Below, one piece after another: positions 54,617 to 64,000 of a stretch of DNA of 64,000 nucleotides. The notes below the pieces were generated by a model. That model saw only the letters and a list, made by a program, of their open reading frames with translations. It did no database searches and was not told the DNA's origin. The first letter of the stretch is position 1. Each line of letters opens with the position of its first letter. Source of the DNA: an uncultured delta proteobacterium (GTDB taxonomy: Bacteria > Myxococcota_A > Polyangia > Fen-1088); assembly GCA_963767925.1 (NCBI GenBank), contig CAVYGB010000002.1, positions 576,001-640,000 on the forward strand, read 5' to 3'. Made by a program: the position numbers and the translations under genes.

Positions 54617-57476
54617 CCCGGAAGGCGGCCCAGTCGGCGTCCGGCCGGTCGCGCGCCAGGCTCCGCTGCGCCAGGCGCAGGGCCTCGCCCAGGTCGGCGA
54701 GGTCGCTGCGGTGAAGGCGGGTGGCCAGCTCGCGCGCCACCCCGTCGCCCACCTCGCGCACGCTGGCCACCACCGCCTCCGACCCGGCGAGCACGAAGGC
54801 GTGGGCCAGCCCCAGCTCGGCCCCGGCCTGGCGCTGGCTGCGCCCGGTCTCGCAGCCCGAGAGCACCACCGTGCGCGGGACGGCGTCCGCGGAGAGGGCC
54901 AGCACGTCGGCCACCGCCAGGGCGGTCCCGCCCGCCAGCGGCAGCTCGCTGCCCATCCCGTCGGGCGCCGCGAAGCGGCCGTGGCCGGCGTAGTGAAACA
55001 GGTCGGCCCCCGCCAGCAGCGGCCGCACCCGCGCCGCCGACAGCTCCCCCTGCAGCCCGACCGCCTCCAGCACCCGCGTCGCGCCACGCGCGCGCAGCAA
55101 GGCCACCACCTCGGCCCCCTCGCGGCGCGCCCCGGGCAGGTCGCCGCCCGGATCGGCCACCACCACCGCGGGCCCCGGGACCGCGGGGCGTGACGGCGAC
55201 GGCGGCAGATCCAGGCTGTAGACAACCTGCCGGCGGGAGCCGAGCGGCTCGCCCTGGAACGGCAGGGCGTGGAAGTCCACCCCCGACAGCGGGCCGTAGC
55301 CGAGCACCCGCACCCGGCGCGCGGCCGCCAGCGGCGGTCCGAACGGGCGCAGCAGCCGGGCGGCCAGCTCGGCGGGCGGCGCCGCCGGGTCCACCGGCCC
55401 GAGCTGCACCAGCTCCGTCGCGCCTTCGCTGATCAGGTAGCCCTGCCAGGTTGTCGGGCCGGCGGGGCCCCGGCTGGCGGGATGAAAGCCCAGGATGGCC
55501 TCGCCGGGCCCCGGCGGGGACAGCGGCGCCCGCTGCGCCGCCGGGGCGAGCCGGGCCAGCGCGGCGGCCAGCTCCTGCCGCGCTTCCCGGGCGATCTGCT
55601 GCTCGGACGCCCGGGCCGCCGCCAGCTCCGATCCGGGCAGGCTCCAGCGCCGCTCGGCCAGGGCCTCGAGGCGGGCCCGCGCGGCCAGGAACGCGCCGGC
55701 GGCCCGCTCCCAGCTCCGCCGCAGCGCCGGGTCGAGGGCGCGCGCGCCGTCGTGCAGGCGGGCGTGCAGGAGATCCCGGGGACGCAGGCCCACCAGGGTG
55801 CGGCCGCGCCCGCGGCGGGCCACCTCGATCGCCTCCACCGTCCGCCCGGCCGCCTGCAGCGCCGCGATCAGCTCGCCGGTGGCCAGGTCGCGGGCGCCGA
55901 GGAAGTCGCTGCGCCCCTCGCCCAGCGGCACCTGGTTGATCTGATCGTCGAGCAGCGCTTCGGCCTCCTGGTAGGCGGCGATGGCCTCCATTCGCTGACC
56001 CTGCAGCGCCCGGGCGCGGGCGCGCCCCACCGCCGCCCGCCAGCGCGCCTCACCGGCCAGCGTGCGGGCCGCCAGCTCCTCGAGCCGCTGGTAGGCCGCC
56101 AGCGCCGCGGCAGGCTCCCCCGCCGCCAGGGCGGCGCGCCCCTCGAGATCGATCCGCCACAGCTCGATGAAGGTCTGCGGCGGCTGCTCGCCCGCGCCTG
56201 CCGCCGCGAGCGACTCCCGGGCTGGCCCCACCTGCCCCGCCTGCAGGTGGGCCAGCGCCAGGTTGACCGCGGCGTTGGCGAGCTGGCCGCCCGCGGTGGG
56301 ACAGGCGCCGCGATAGAGCGCGAGCGCCTGCTCGGCCCGCGCGATGGTCCCATGCACGGAGCCCGCCACCGCCGGCGAGGTCCCCGCCTCGCGGGCCATC
56401 GCCTCCTGCCAGGCCAGGCTGCTCAGGAACCCGGCGCGCTCGCAGGGCGCGCGGCCTGCCGCCGCGCCGGCCAGCGCGCGAAAGGCTGCCAGCGCCTCCT
56501 CGAAGCGGCCGAGGGCGCCCAGCATGGCCGCCTCCTGCCGCCGGGCCAGCCAGACATCCAGCGGCTGGTCGAGCCGCTCGGCCCGCGCCGCGGACGAGGC
56601 GAACGCCGCCAGCGCGCCGGCCAGGTCCCCCGACCGCTGCGCCAGGTACCCGCGCTGCATGTCCTGCCACAGCGCCGCCATCCCGCTCACCTGCAGGGCG
56701 GCTGCCTGCTCCAGGCGCGCCCGCGCCGCTGCCAGATCGTGCCGCCGGGTCAGGTGGCCATGGGCGAGGGCCAGGTGGTACCGCGCGGCCGACAGCCGCG
56801 CCCCCGACCGCGCCGCCTGCTCCGCCGCCTGGCCCCGCAGGTCGAACCACCGCCCGACCTCCCCGCGCGCCTGCGCCACCTCCGCCCGCAGGGCCAGGCC
56901 GAGCGCGCGCTGCCGATCGTTCAGCGCGGGCCAGGCGCGATCGACCAGGCTGGCCGCCCCGGGCCCGTCGCCCGCAGCCAGCCGGGCGATCGCCGCCTGC
57001 AACGCCGGGTGCGGCTGGGCGGCGACGAGGTCGAGCTGCCAGCGCCAGCGGCGTCCGGCCTGCCGCACCTCGAGCGCGATCGCCTGCCGCGGATCGGGCG
57101 CGGACACGACGAGCTGGACGCCGCCCGGCAGGCGCTGCTGCCGCGCCCCCGCCGGCGCCCGCACCTCGGCCCCGGGCGCGACGGGCGCCCAGATCACAAG
57201 CCGCGTCCGTGGCCCCACGGCGCAGCCGCCACCGGCGAGCACCTCCTCGCACCCGGCCACCTCCACCCCGGCGAGCGCCTCCAGGGGCCCGCCGTGAAGG
57301 CCGAGCCCGGCGGCCACCGCGAGGGGGACGGCGCTGGCGGCGAGCGCCAGGGCGATCCGACGGCCCACCGGGACCGCCCATCCGGGCGGGTGCACCTGCG
57401 CGTCGAGCTCCGGCGGTGTCAGGCCCGGGGCAGCCGGGGTCGAGGGAAGTCCGCTGGCCACCGGCTCGCTCTTCAT
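54603..57476 (-). CDS. TPR + CHAT (caspase-like) protease
   Basis: Catalytic dyad motifs FHYAGHG and VLSGCETG, GLAHAFVLAG and C-terminal WAAF; long helical repeats; N-terminal hydrophobic segment. Confidence 0.9.
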   Translation of the reverse strand: MKSEPVASGLPSTPAAPGLTPPELDAQVHPPGWAVPVGRRIALALAASAVPLAVAAGLGLHGGPLEALAGVEVAGCEEVLAGGGCAVGPRTRLVIWAPVAPGAEVRAPAGARQQRLPGGVQLVVSAPDPRQAIALEVRQAGRRWRWQLDLVAAQPHPALQAAIARLAAGDGPGAASLVDRAWPALNDRQRALGLALRAEVAQARGEVGRWFDLRGQAAEQAARSGARLSAARYHLALAHGHLTRRHDLAAARARLEQAAALQVSGMAALWQDMQRGYLAQRSGDLAGALAAFASSAARAERLDQPLDVWLARRQEAAMLGALGRFEEALAAFRALAGAAAGRAPCERAGFLSSLAWQEAMAREAGTSPAVAGSVHGTIARAEQALALYRGACPTAGGQLANAAVNLALAHLQAGQVGPARESLAAAGAGEQPPQTFIELWRIDLEGRAALAAGEPAAALAAYQRLEELAARTLAGEARWRAAVGRARARALQGQRMEAIAAYQEAEALLDDQINQVPLGEGRSDFLGARDLATGELIAALQAAGRTVEAIEVARRGRGRTLVGLRPRDLLHARLHDGARALDPALRRSWERAAGAFLAARARLEALAERRWSLPGSELAAARASEQQIAREARQELAAALARLAPAAQRAPLSPPGPGEAILGFHPASRGPAGPTTWQGYLISEGATELVQLGPVDPAAPPAELAARLLRPFGPPLAAARRVRVLGYGPLSGVDFHALPFQGEPLGSRRQVVYSLDLPPSPSRPAVPGPAVVVADPGGDLPGARREGAEVVALLRARGATRVLEAVGLQGELSAARVRPLLAGADLFHYAGHGRFAAPDGMGSELPLAGGTALAVADVLALSADAVPRTVVLSGCETGRSQRQAGAELGLAHAFVLAGSEAVVASVREVGDGVARELATRLHRSDLADLGEALRLAQRSLARDRPDADWAAFRVIVR

Positions 57477-57558
57477 CTTCGACTCCCTGTCAGGAAGGAC
57501 GCCTCGCCGGCAAAAGATTCCCGGGGGTGAAGCGTTCACTCTCCGAGGAGGTCCTTCC

Positions 57559-59747
57559 ATGTACATCCGGATCGCGCTGTCTGCACTCTCCCTGCTGGCC
57601 CTGTCGCCCGCCTGCCGGCCCGACGACCCGACCGCGACCGCCGCGGCGCTGGCGCTCGACGACGACCTGGAGGCGGAGCTGCTGGCCCAGTCCTGCTCGG
57701 GCACCGTGCTCGTCGCCGAGGGCAAGGCCTGCGTCCCGCACCCACAGTGGCGGGCGCGGCCGCTGTTCGACGAGGCGAACCGCGGCGCCGGACGGCTCGA
57801 CCGCTACTGTGTGTTCGAGTGGGAGGGCGACGGCGTGCCCCGGCCCGACCAGTACCCGCACGCCGACGACCCGGATCCCCCCGCCCCGACTGCGCCGCCG
57901 CGAGCCCCCTGGCCCCCCTGCCCCCGGAGCCCCCGCTGCTCACCGAGGGGCAGCTCGAGGCGCGTTTCCTCGATCACGTGCGCGCCCTGCCCGCCCTGCC
58001 GGCGGCCACCGATCCCGCCGCGGTCCCGGTGGCGGTCTCGGTGATCGACACCGCCCGGGAGCTCGGCGCGCCCGGCGCGCCCGGCGCCGGCAACGCCCCC
58101 CACGGGCGGGCCATGGGCCTGCTCATCGACCGGCTCGCCTGCCCGCCCGGCGGCGCCTGCGCCGCCCGCATCGACAACGTCCCCGCGCTGCGCATGGTCC
58201 GCACGCCCGCGGGCCTACGCCGCGACAGCAACGGCGGCTACTGGGGCTACCTCGGCGACATCGCCTGGGGCATCGGGCTGGCGGTCGCCGGGCGCCCCGC
58301 CGGCCACCACCACATCCTGAACCTCAGCCTCGGCTGGAACGCCGAGCTCGGGGACGTGGGGGCCGCCACCCGGCCGCACGTGCGGGCGGTCCACGATGCC
58401 CTCCGCTACGCCCGCTGCAGCGGCGCCCTGCCGATCGCCGCCGCCGGCAACACGCGCGGGCAGCGGCCGCCGCCCGAGGGCCCGCTGGTGCCGGCCGCCT
58501 GGCAACGGCTGCCCGCCCCCACCGCCGCCGCCTGCCAGAGCGACTTCGGCATCACGCCGCCGGCGCCGCTGGCCGGCCCGCTGGTCTTCGCGGTCAGCGC
58601 CGTCGATCCCTTCGACCGCGCCCTCACCACCACCCCGCCGGGCGGCGTCGCCCCGCTGGCCGCCCCCGGGCTGCAGGTGGTGGTGAGCGACGGCAACCCA
58701 CCGCCCGGCCCGCCACCGGTCGGCCCCCAGACCGGCTCGTCGCCGGCCGCCGCCACCGCCTCGGCGCTGGCCGCCATCGTCTGGACCTATTACCCCGAGC
58801 TGCCGCCCGACCAGGTCATGGCTCGAGTCGCCGCCGCCGGCGTCGAGCTCGACGAGCCGGCGGACTTCTGCTTCCAGAAGAGCCCCTGCCCCCCGGTGCG
58901 CCGCCTCTCCACCTGCGCCCTGGTCCAGGCCGCCTGCCAGGACGGCCGCTGCAGCCCCGTCCCCGCCTGCGAGCCCGACGCGCCCCGCGGCGCTCCCCTG
59001 CCCGGCGGCCCGCACGCGCCGCTGCCCCGCACCTGCGCTGAAACCCGCGCCCCCCACGGCTGCGCCGAAGATCCCCGGGACGCCATCGGCAACCGCCGCA
59101 TGTTGCCCCTCGGCGACCCCCAGCCCAACGAAGACCCCTGCGGCTCGACCTGCGGGCTCGGCGCCGCGGAGTCCCTGCACGCAACAGCCCGCGCGGCGCC
59201 CGCGGAACCGCCCGCCGCGCGCCCCGCCACCGCCCCGCTGCGCCTCGAGCTGCCCATCAACCCCAACCTCTCCGGCTACGCCTTCTCCGCCCACCGCCTC
59301 TGGATCCGCGACGACGCCACCCCCACCCGCGGCTGGCTGCAGATCGACCTGCGCGCCCGCCTCCCCGCCGACCAGCCCGGCGGCGCCACCTTGCGCCTCG
59401 AGCTCGACCCGGGCGCCGAAGGCATCACCGGCCAGATCCACGCCGCCCAGATCGACTTCACCTTCGAAGAGCGCCTCCTCGACGGCCGCCCCCTCCGCCG
59501 CCTCGTCGGCAGCCCCATCACCGTCCCCCCGCCTCCGGCCCACCCGCCCCCGCCCGGTCGCGCTGAACGGCGCCCGCGCGACCTGCTCGCCATTTTGCAT
59601 GACCGCGGCGGAGGCCGGTCGGCGCCGAGCCGCCCGCGCGAGCTCCTGCTCGCTGGAGATCGGGTTGGCGGTCCGCATCCGGGGCCTGCGGCCGGGCGCT
59701 GCAGGGCCGGCCTTTTACCAGTCGGACTTTTACCAGTCCTGGCTTGA
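57559..59747 (+). CDS. S8 subtilisin-like serine peptidase, lipoprotein; frameshift in C-run near 57880
   Basis: LSPAC lipobox in ORF 57559. VSVIDT (Asp), PHGRAMG (His), NLSLG, AAAGN and TGSSPAAA (Ser) in ORF 57747. The true 3' end may be near 59566. Confidence 0.8.
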
Positions 59748-59785
59748 CCGGCCACTGCCGCGCTTCTAACGTCCGGCCCGCCGCC

Positions 59786-60676
59786 ATGAAGCCGAAGCGC
59801 GCGTTCCTGGTCTCCCGGTCCTGGCTGTGGCTGCTGGCGCCGCTCGCCGCCTGCGCCGCGCGATCACCGGTCCCGTCGGTCCTGGTCAAGCCCCTGGTCG
59901 CGGGCGAGCAGCTGTTCGGCGAGTCGCTCCCCCCCATGACCGTCGTGCTCACCTACGACGACGGCCCCGACGAATCCACCCTGCCAATCGCGCGCTACCT
60001 GCAGAGCGAGGGCCTCTCGGTCACCTTCTTCGTCAACGGCGGCCGCTTCTGCAAGCAGGCCGACGCCGCCGGCAATTGCCTGCAACCGATGGAGACCCGC
60101 CCCTGCGACGACGGCCGCGCCCAGGCCGCGGTGACCACCCCGCGCTACTACCCCGAATCGCTGCTCGACGAGCTGCAGGCCCTGGGCCACCGCATCGGCA
60201 ACCACACCCAGAGCCACTGCCACCTCACCAAGCAGACCGATCCGGAGCACCTCGACTGGGAGATCAGCGCCACCCAGGAGATCCTCGACCGGCACATCCG
60301 CGACGGCGTGTACCTGTTCCGCGCCCCCTTCGGCCACTGGGACCAGGCCACCGCCGATCGGCTCGCGAAGTCGAAGGTGTGGCCCCGGCTCACCGGCCCC
60401 ATCAACTGGGACGTCGACGGGGACGACTGGGACTGCTGGCGCGCGCAGAGCTCGCCCGATCAGTGCGTGGAGAACTACATCCGCATCCTGGCCGCCCGCC
60501 CCAACCACAACGGCGTCTTCATCATGCACGACCGCCCCGAGTTCAACGTGGGCATCGACGGCCCCCTACAAATGACGAAGATCCTCATCCCCCGCCTACG
60601 CGCCCACGGCTACAAGTTCGCCACCGTAACCGACCTCCTCGCCCTCCCCCCCCAGGCCCGCCTCGCCCAGCGCTGA
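59786..60676 (+). CDS. polysaccharide deacetylase (NodB/CE4) lipoprotein
   Basis: LTYDDGP, TFFVNG, GNHTQSH, FRAPFG, DW and MHD motifs; LAAC lipobox. Confidence 0.92.
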   Translation: MKPKRAFLVSRSWLWLLAPLAACAARSPVPSVLVKPLVAGEQLFGESLPPMTVVLTYDDGPDESTLPIARYLQSEGLSVTFFVNGGRFCKQADAAGNCLQPMETRPCDDGRAQAAVTTPRYYPESLLDELQALGHRIGNHTQSHCHLTKQTDPEHLDWEISATQEILDRHIRDGVYLFRAPFGHWDQATADRLAKSKVWPRLTGPINWDVDGDDWDCWRAQSSPDQCVENYIRILAARPNHNGVFIMHDRPEFNVGIDGPLQMTKILIPRLRAHGYKFATVTDLLALPPQARLAQR

Positions 60677-60730
60677 AGGCCCCCGGCAGCGAGCGTCGTC
60701 GCGGTCGAGCGGCGCCGGGGCTCGCACGAC

Positions 60731-60743
60731 GGCATCATGATGC
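60731..60743. promoter_or_regulatory. operator-like palindrome, second copy
   Basis: GGCATCATGATGC, the same core as 62247..62266. Confidence 0.5.
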
Positions 60744-60844
60744 TACTCGCCTGTTCGTCCGAAAACAGAGCGTCAAGCCGTGGATGCCGGACGCAAGGCG
60801 AGGCTCTTGCTGGCGGGCGGGCGGAGGAGGAGTATGATCTTCGT

Positions 60845-61072
60845 ATGCAGAAGGCCCGCGTGACCGTGACGGTGAGACGAGACATCCTCGCCAAGGCCGA
60901 GCGGCAAGTGAAAAAGGGGCGAGCGAAGTCTGTGAGCGCGTGGGTCGACTCCGCCATGGAGGAAAAGGCGCGTCGTGAGGATCTGGCGTCTCTCCTGGCG
61001 GAGATGAAGGCGGAGAGCGGCCCCGCCAGCCCTGAAGAGGAAGCTTGGGCGCGCGACGTCCTCGGCCTGTAG
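60845..61072 (+). CDS. ribbon-helix-helix antitoxin (VapB-like)
   Basis: RVTVTV beta strand and SVSAWVDSAM; overlaps the PIN gene. Confidence 0.8.
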   Translation: MQKARVTVTVRRDILAKAERQVKKGRAKSVSAWVDSAMEEKARREDLASLLAEMKAESGPASPEEEAWARDVLGL

Positions 61073-61437
61073 TCCTCGACGCCGGTGCGCTCATTGCTTT
61101 CGAGCGCAACGATGCCCGGGTGCGCACCTTGATCGAACTGGCGCTGCGCCACGGCGCCGCACTCTTTGCCCCCGCGGGCGTCGTCGCGCAAGTCTGGCGC
61201 GACGGCAGTCGGCAAGCGCGACTCGCTCGTCTCATCGGTTCGGGCCTGGTTTCGGTTCAGGTGCTCGATCTCGAGGAGGCACAAGCAGCCGGCGTGTTGT
61301 GCGGGCGCCGCAAGAGCCGCGACATCGTTGACGCGAGTGTTGCATTGCTCGCCCGTCGGCATGGCGCGAAAGTCGTGACCAGCGATCCAGAAGACCTCCG
61401 GCGGATCGATCAGACCCTGGATCTCGTGGTCTGCTGA
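61045..61437 (+). CDS. PIN-domain toxin (VapC-like)
   Basis: VVLDAGALIA, DIVDASV and VVTSDPEDL. Confidence 0.88.
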   Translation: MGARRPRPVVLDAGALIAFERNDARVRTLIELALRHGAALFAPAGVVAQVWRDGSRQARLARLIGSGLVSVQVLDLEEAQAAGVLCGRRKSRDIVDASVALLARRHGAKVVTSDPEDLRRIDQTLDLVVC

Positions 61438-61551
61438 GCCAGCTCGGGCGGCCCGGCGGATCACGCCGCGAGGTAAGGCTTCGTCGACGCCCCCCCGGCG
61501 CAACGATTGCCCGTAACGCCGCGTGCTTCGTCGCGAAGCCATCGCAGGCGT

Positions 61552-61983
61552 TCACGCGCGCAGCGGGTTGACCCAGCGAAGGCCTTCGAACCGGCCGAAG
61601 TCGCCGTCGGTCGAGTGGACCTCGCCGTTGACCTCGATCGCGTGCGCGGCGATCTGCACGTCGGTCGTGAGATTGGCGGCCGTCCCCAGGCGCCGGAGCA
61701 GGCGAAAGGCCGTCTGCAGATGGGTGCGCCCGGGGACGAGCGTGCTGACGTTGGCTCGGTCGAGCCAGGCCTCGACCCGGTCGATGGCGTCGGTCACAGG
61801 CAGCGGCGCGGTGAAGACCCGGCGGTTGGTCGCCAGGCGAATGAAGCCGAACAGACAGACCGGCGCGAGGCCCACCTGGCGATCTCCGCTGAGGGCGTCT
61901 TCCCACCACTTCCGCGCGGCAGGGTGCAATGGGTGAGCGTCGATCTCGGCGAAGAGCAGCAGGTTGACGTCGGGAACGATCAC
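61552..61983 (-). CDS. PIN-domain toxin (VapC family)
   Basis: IVPDVNLL, TDVQIAAHAIE and STDGDFGRFEGLRWVNPL. Confidence 0.92.
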   Translation of the reverse strand: MIVPDVNLLLFAEIDAHPLHPAARKWWEDALSGDRQVGLAPVCLFGFIRLATNRRVFTAPLPVTDAIDRVEAWLDRANVSTLVPGRTHLQTAFRLLRRLGTAANLTTDVQIAAHAIEVNGEVHSTDGDFGRFEGLRWVNPLRA

Positions 61984-62246
61984 CGACCCGCCCGCATCTT
62001 CTCGACAACGGCATCGTCCTCGAGCTCATCGGCCAGGCGGTTGAGCCCTTCGGCGTCGATGCCAGGTCGCAAGGTGGTCCGGTGTGGCGACACGCGATAG
62101 GGCGCGGGCCGCTTGCCCGCCGCGCGGGGCGCCAGCCCCCTCCGGATGGCCTCGTTCACCACCTGCTTGAAAGGCTTGCGCTGTCGGTGCGCCTCCTCCT
62201 CCAGCATGCGAGCGACGTCGGGGTCGAGCGTCAAGGTGGTTCGCAT
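61980..62246 (-). CDS. VapB-family antitoxin
   Basis: MRTTLTLDPDV...FKQVVNEAIRRGL; GTGA overlap with the toxin gene. Confidence 0.9.
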   Translation of the reverse strand: MRTTLTLDPDVARMLEEEAHRQRKPFKQVVNEAIRRGLAPRAAGKRPAPYRVSPHRTTLRPGIDAEGLNRLADELEDDAVVEKMRAGR

Positions 62247-62266
62247 GAAGGCATCATGATGCCTTC
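62247..62266. promoter_or_regulatory. perfect 20-bp palindrome, probable VapBC autoregulatory operator
   Basis: GAAGGCATCATGATGCCTTC directly abuts the antitoxin ATG. Confidence 0.75.
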
Positions 62267-62616
62267 CGGTCGCCCGATCAAGAAACACAGCGTCATAGCC
62301 TTGTACGCCGGTGCTTCCGGAGGGAGCGACATGAAAGCCGCGGCGCTGGTCCTGTCGGTACGCTCATCACTCGGGCGCCTGGAGACGGATGTACGACTAT
62401 TGGTTGCCGTGATCACGCCAGCAAGCATTCGGGGCGCGGCTATTTCTTCGCGTCGGTGACGTTCCTGAAACCGTTCCTCGGCCTCGGCACGCTGGCTCCC
62501 GAAGCCATTCCTTGGCCGCGCCAGCCGCGGAGAAGCCGGACCCGCGGCCTCGCTCCGGTTTCATCGCGCTGGCCTTTTGCCGCCCTTCTGTTCGATCGTC
62601 GGATGAAGGGGGCGCT

Positions 62617-64000
62617 GTGCAAAAGTATCGACTTCGTAAACAGGGGGACGGGCCGCCCGCGGTCGAGGTCCCTCACCGCGGCGACGCGCTCTTGCGGCAG
62701 CCCATGTTCAGCAAGGGCACCGCCTTCAGCCGCGAGGAGCGGGCGGCCTTCGGGCTCGAGGGGCTGCTGCCGGACGCGGTGAGCACGATGGAGCAGCAGG
62801 TGCGGCGCATGTACCGCAGCATCGAGCGCAAGGAGGATCCGCTCGAGCGGTACATCGGCCTGGCGGCGCTGCAGGACCGCAACGAGCACCTGTTTTTCCG
62901 GCTCCTGGTCGAGCACCTGGAGGACCTGCTGCCCATCGTCTACACCCCGACGGTGGGGCTGGCCTGCCAGCGCTACAGCCACATCTTTCGCCGGGGGCGT
63001 GGCCTCTGGATCACCCCCGGCCACCGCGGGCGCATCGCCGAGGTCCTCGGCAACGCGCCCTTCGAAGACGTGCGCCTCGTCTGCGTCACCGACAACGAGC
63101 GCATCCTGGGCCTCGGCGATCAGGGCGCCGGGGGCATGGGGATCCCCATCGGCAAGCTGGCGATCTACACCGCCGCCGCGGGGATCCACCCCACCCGGAC
63201 GCTGCCGCTGAGCCTCGACGTCGGCACCGACAACCAGGACCTGCTGGCCGACGACCTGTACCTCGGCTGGCGGCAGCCGCGGCTGCGGGGGGCCGCCTAC
63301 GACAGCCTGGTCGAGGAGCTGGTCCAGGCGGTCAAGCTGCGTTTCCCCCTGGCGATCCTGCAGTGGGAGGACTTCAAGAAGGTCAACGCCATCGACCTGC
63401 TGGTCCGCTACCGCGAGACCTTGCCCAGCTTCAACGACGACATCCAGGGGACCGCCGCGGTGGCGGTGGCGGGGATCCTGGCGGCGGGGAGGGTCACGGG
63501 GACGCCCCTGCGCGCGCAGCGGATCGTGATGCTGGGGGCCGGCGCGGCGGGGATCGGCATCGCCCGCCTCCTGCGGTCGGCGCTGCGCGAGGAGGGGCTC
63601 GCCGGCGAGCCGCTGCTGCGGGCGGTGGCCACCGTCGACAGCCGCGGGCTGCTCGTCGACGACCAGGAGATCCGCGACCTGCACAAGCGCGACTTCGCCT
63701 GGCCGGCCGCCCTGGCCGCCGGGCTGGGCCTGGGGCCCGACCGCCCCCGCGACCTCGCCGCCGTGGTGGCGGCGCTGCGGCCCACCGTGCTCATCGGCAC
63801 CACCGGCGAGCCGGGCACCTTCACCGAGCCGGTCATCCGCAGCATGGCGGCGGAGGTCGCCCGACCGGTCGTGATGCCGCTGTCCAACCCGACGAGCTGC
63901 TCGGAGGCCCGCCCGGCCGACGTCATCGCCTGGACGGAGGGCCGCGCGCTCGTCGCCGCGGGCAGCCCTTGCCCCCCGGTCACCTGGGGCGGTCGCACCC
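62617..64000 (+). CDS. maeA: NAD-dependent malic enzyme (partial, runs off window)
   Basis: Own translation (absent from the ORF track): KGTAFSREER..GLEGLLP, PIVYTPTVG, VTDNERILGLGDQG, QWEDF, FNDDIQGT, GAGAAG and PLSNPT. Confidence 0.93.
   Translation, partial: MQKYRLRKQGDGPPAVEVPHRGDALLRQPMFSKGTAFSREERAAFGLEGLLPDAVSTMEQQVRRMYRSIERKEDPLERYIGLAALQDRNEHLFFRLLVEHLEDLLPIVYTPTVGLACQRYSHIFRRGRGLWITPGHRGRIAEVLGNAPFEDVRLVCVTDNERILGLGDQGAGGMGIPIGKLAIYTAAAGIHPTRTLPLSLDVGTDNQDLLADDLYLGWRQPRLRGAAYDSLVEELVQAVKLRFPLAILQWEDFKKVNAIDLLVRYRETLPSFNDDIQGTAAVAVAGILAAGRVTGTPLRAQRIVMLGAGAAGIGIARLLRSALREEGLAGEPLLRAVATVDSRGLLVDDQEIRDLHKRDFAWPAALAAGLGLGPDRPRDLAAVVAALRPTVLIGTTGEPGTFTEPVIRSMAAEVARPVVMPLSNPTSCSEARPADVIAWTEGRALVAAGSPCPPVTWGGRT

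Noticed and set aside
54603..57476. CHAT protein as part of a type III-E CRISPR (Craspase) locus
   Set aside because: No Cas7-11 or array nearby; the link is an analogy only.

Overview
Very GC-rich bacterial DNA. The many Pro/Ala-rich lipoproteins, Cys-rich secreted proteins and the ECF-sigma/CHAT/S8 module suggest a myxobacterium-like organism (inference). Housekeeping anchors are ileS (type 2), a UvrD/Rep helicase, a UvrA2-like ATPase and a malic enzyme that runs off the right edge. The main structure is a ~13.5 kb island (13271-26808) that splits the helicase gene. It lies between two near-identical 490-bp copies of an internal helicase segment, carries a 98-bp promoter-like module near each end, and has no integrase. 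Its core is an apparent operon: a secreted 10-Cys peptide, two membrane-anchored proteins, an SdpA-like protein, an HTTM (SdpB/vitamin-K-carboxylase-like) protein, a double DsbA and a GT-C glycosyltransferase. Three further GT-C-like genes lie beside it. This is the best candidate for an undescribed extracytoplasmic peptide-modification system. Also present: an ECF sigma/anti-sigma/TPR-CHAT/S8 protease module, two convergent VapBC pairs sharing an operator-like palindrome, an ECF42-type/YciI cluster, a deleted IS5 and a degenerate ISL3, several tandem and REP-like repeats, and several homopolymer frameshifts that may be sequencing errors. No rRNA, tRNA or CRISPR array was recognised. All family assignments come from reading motifs by eye; no searches were run.
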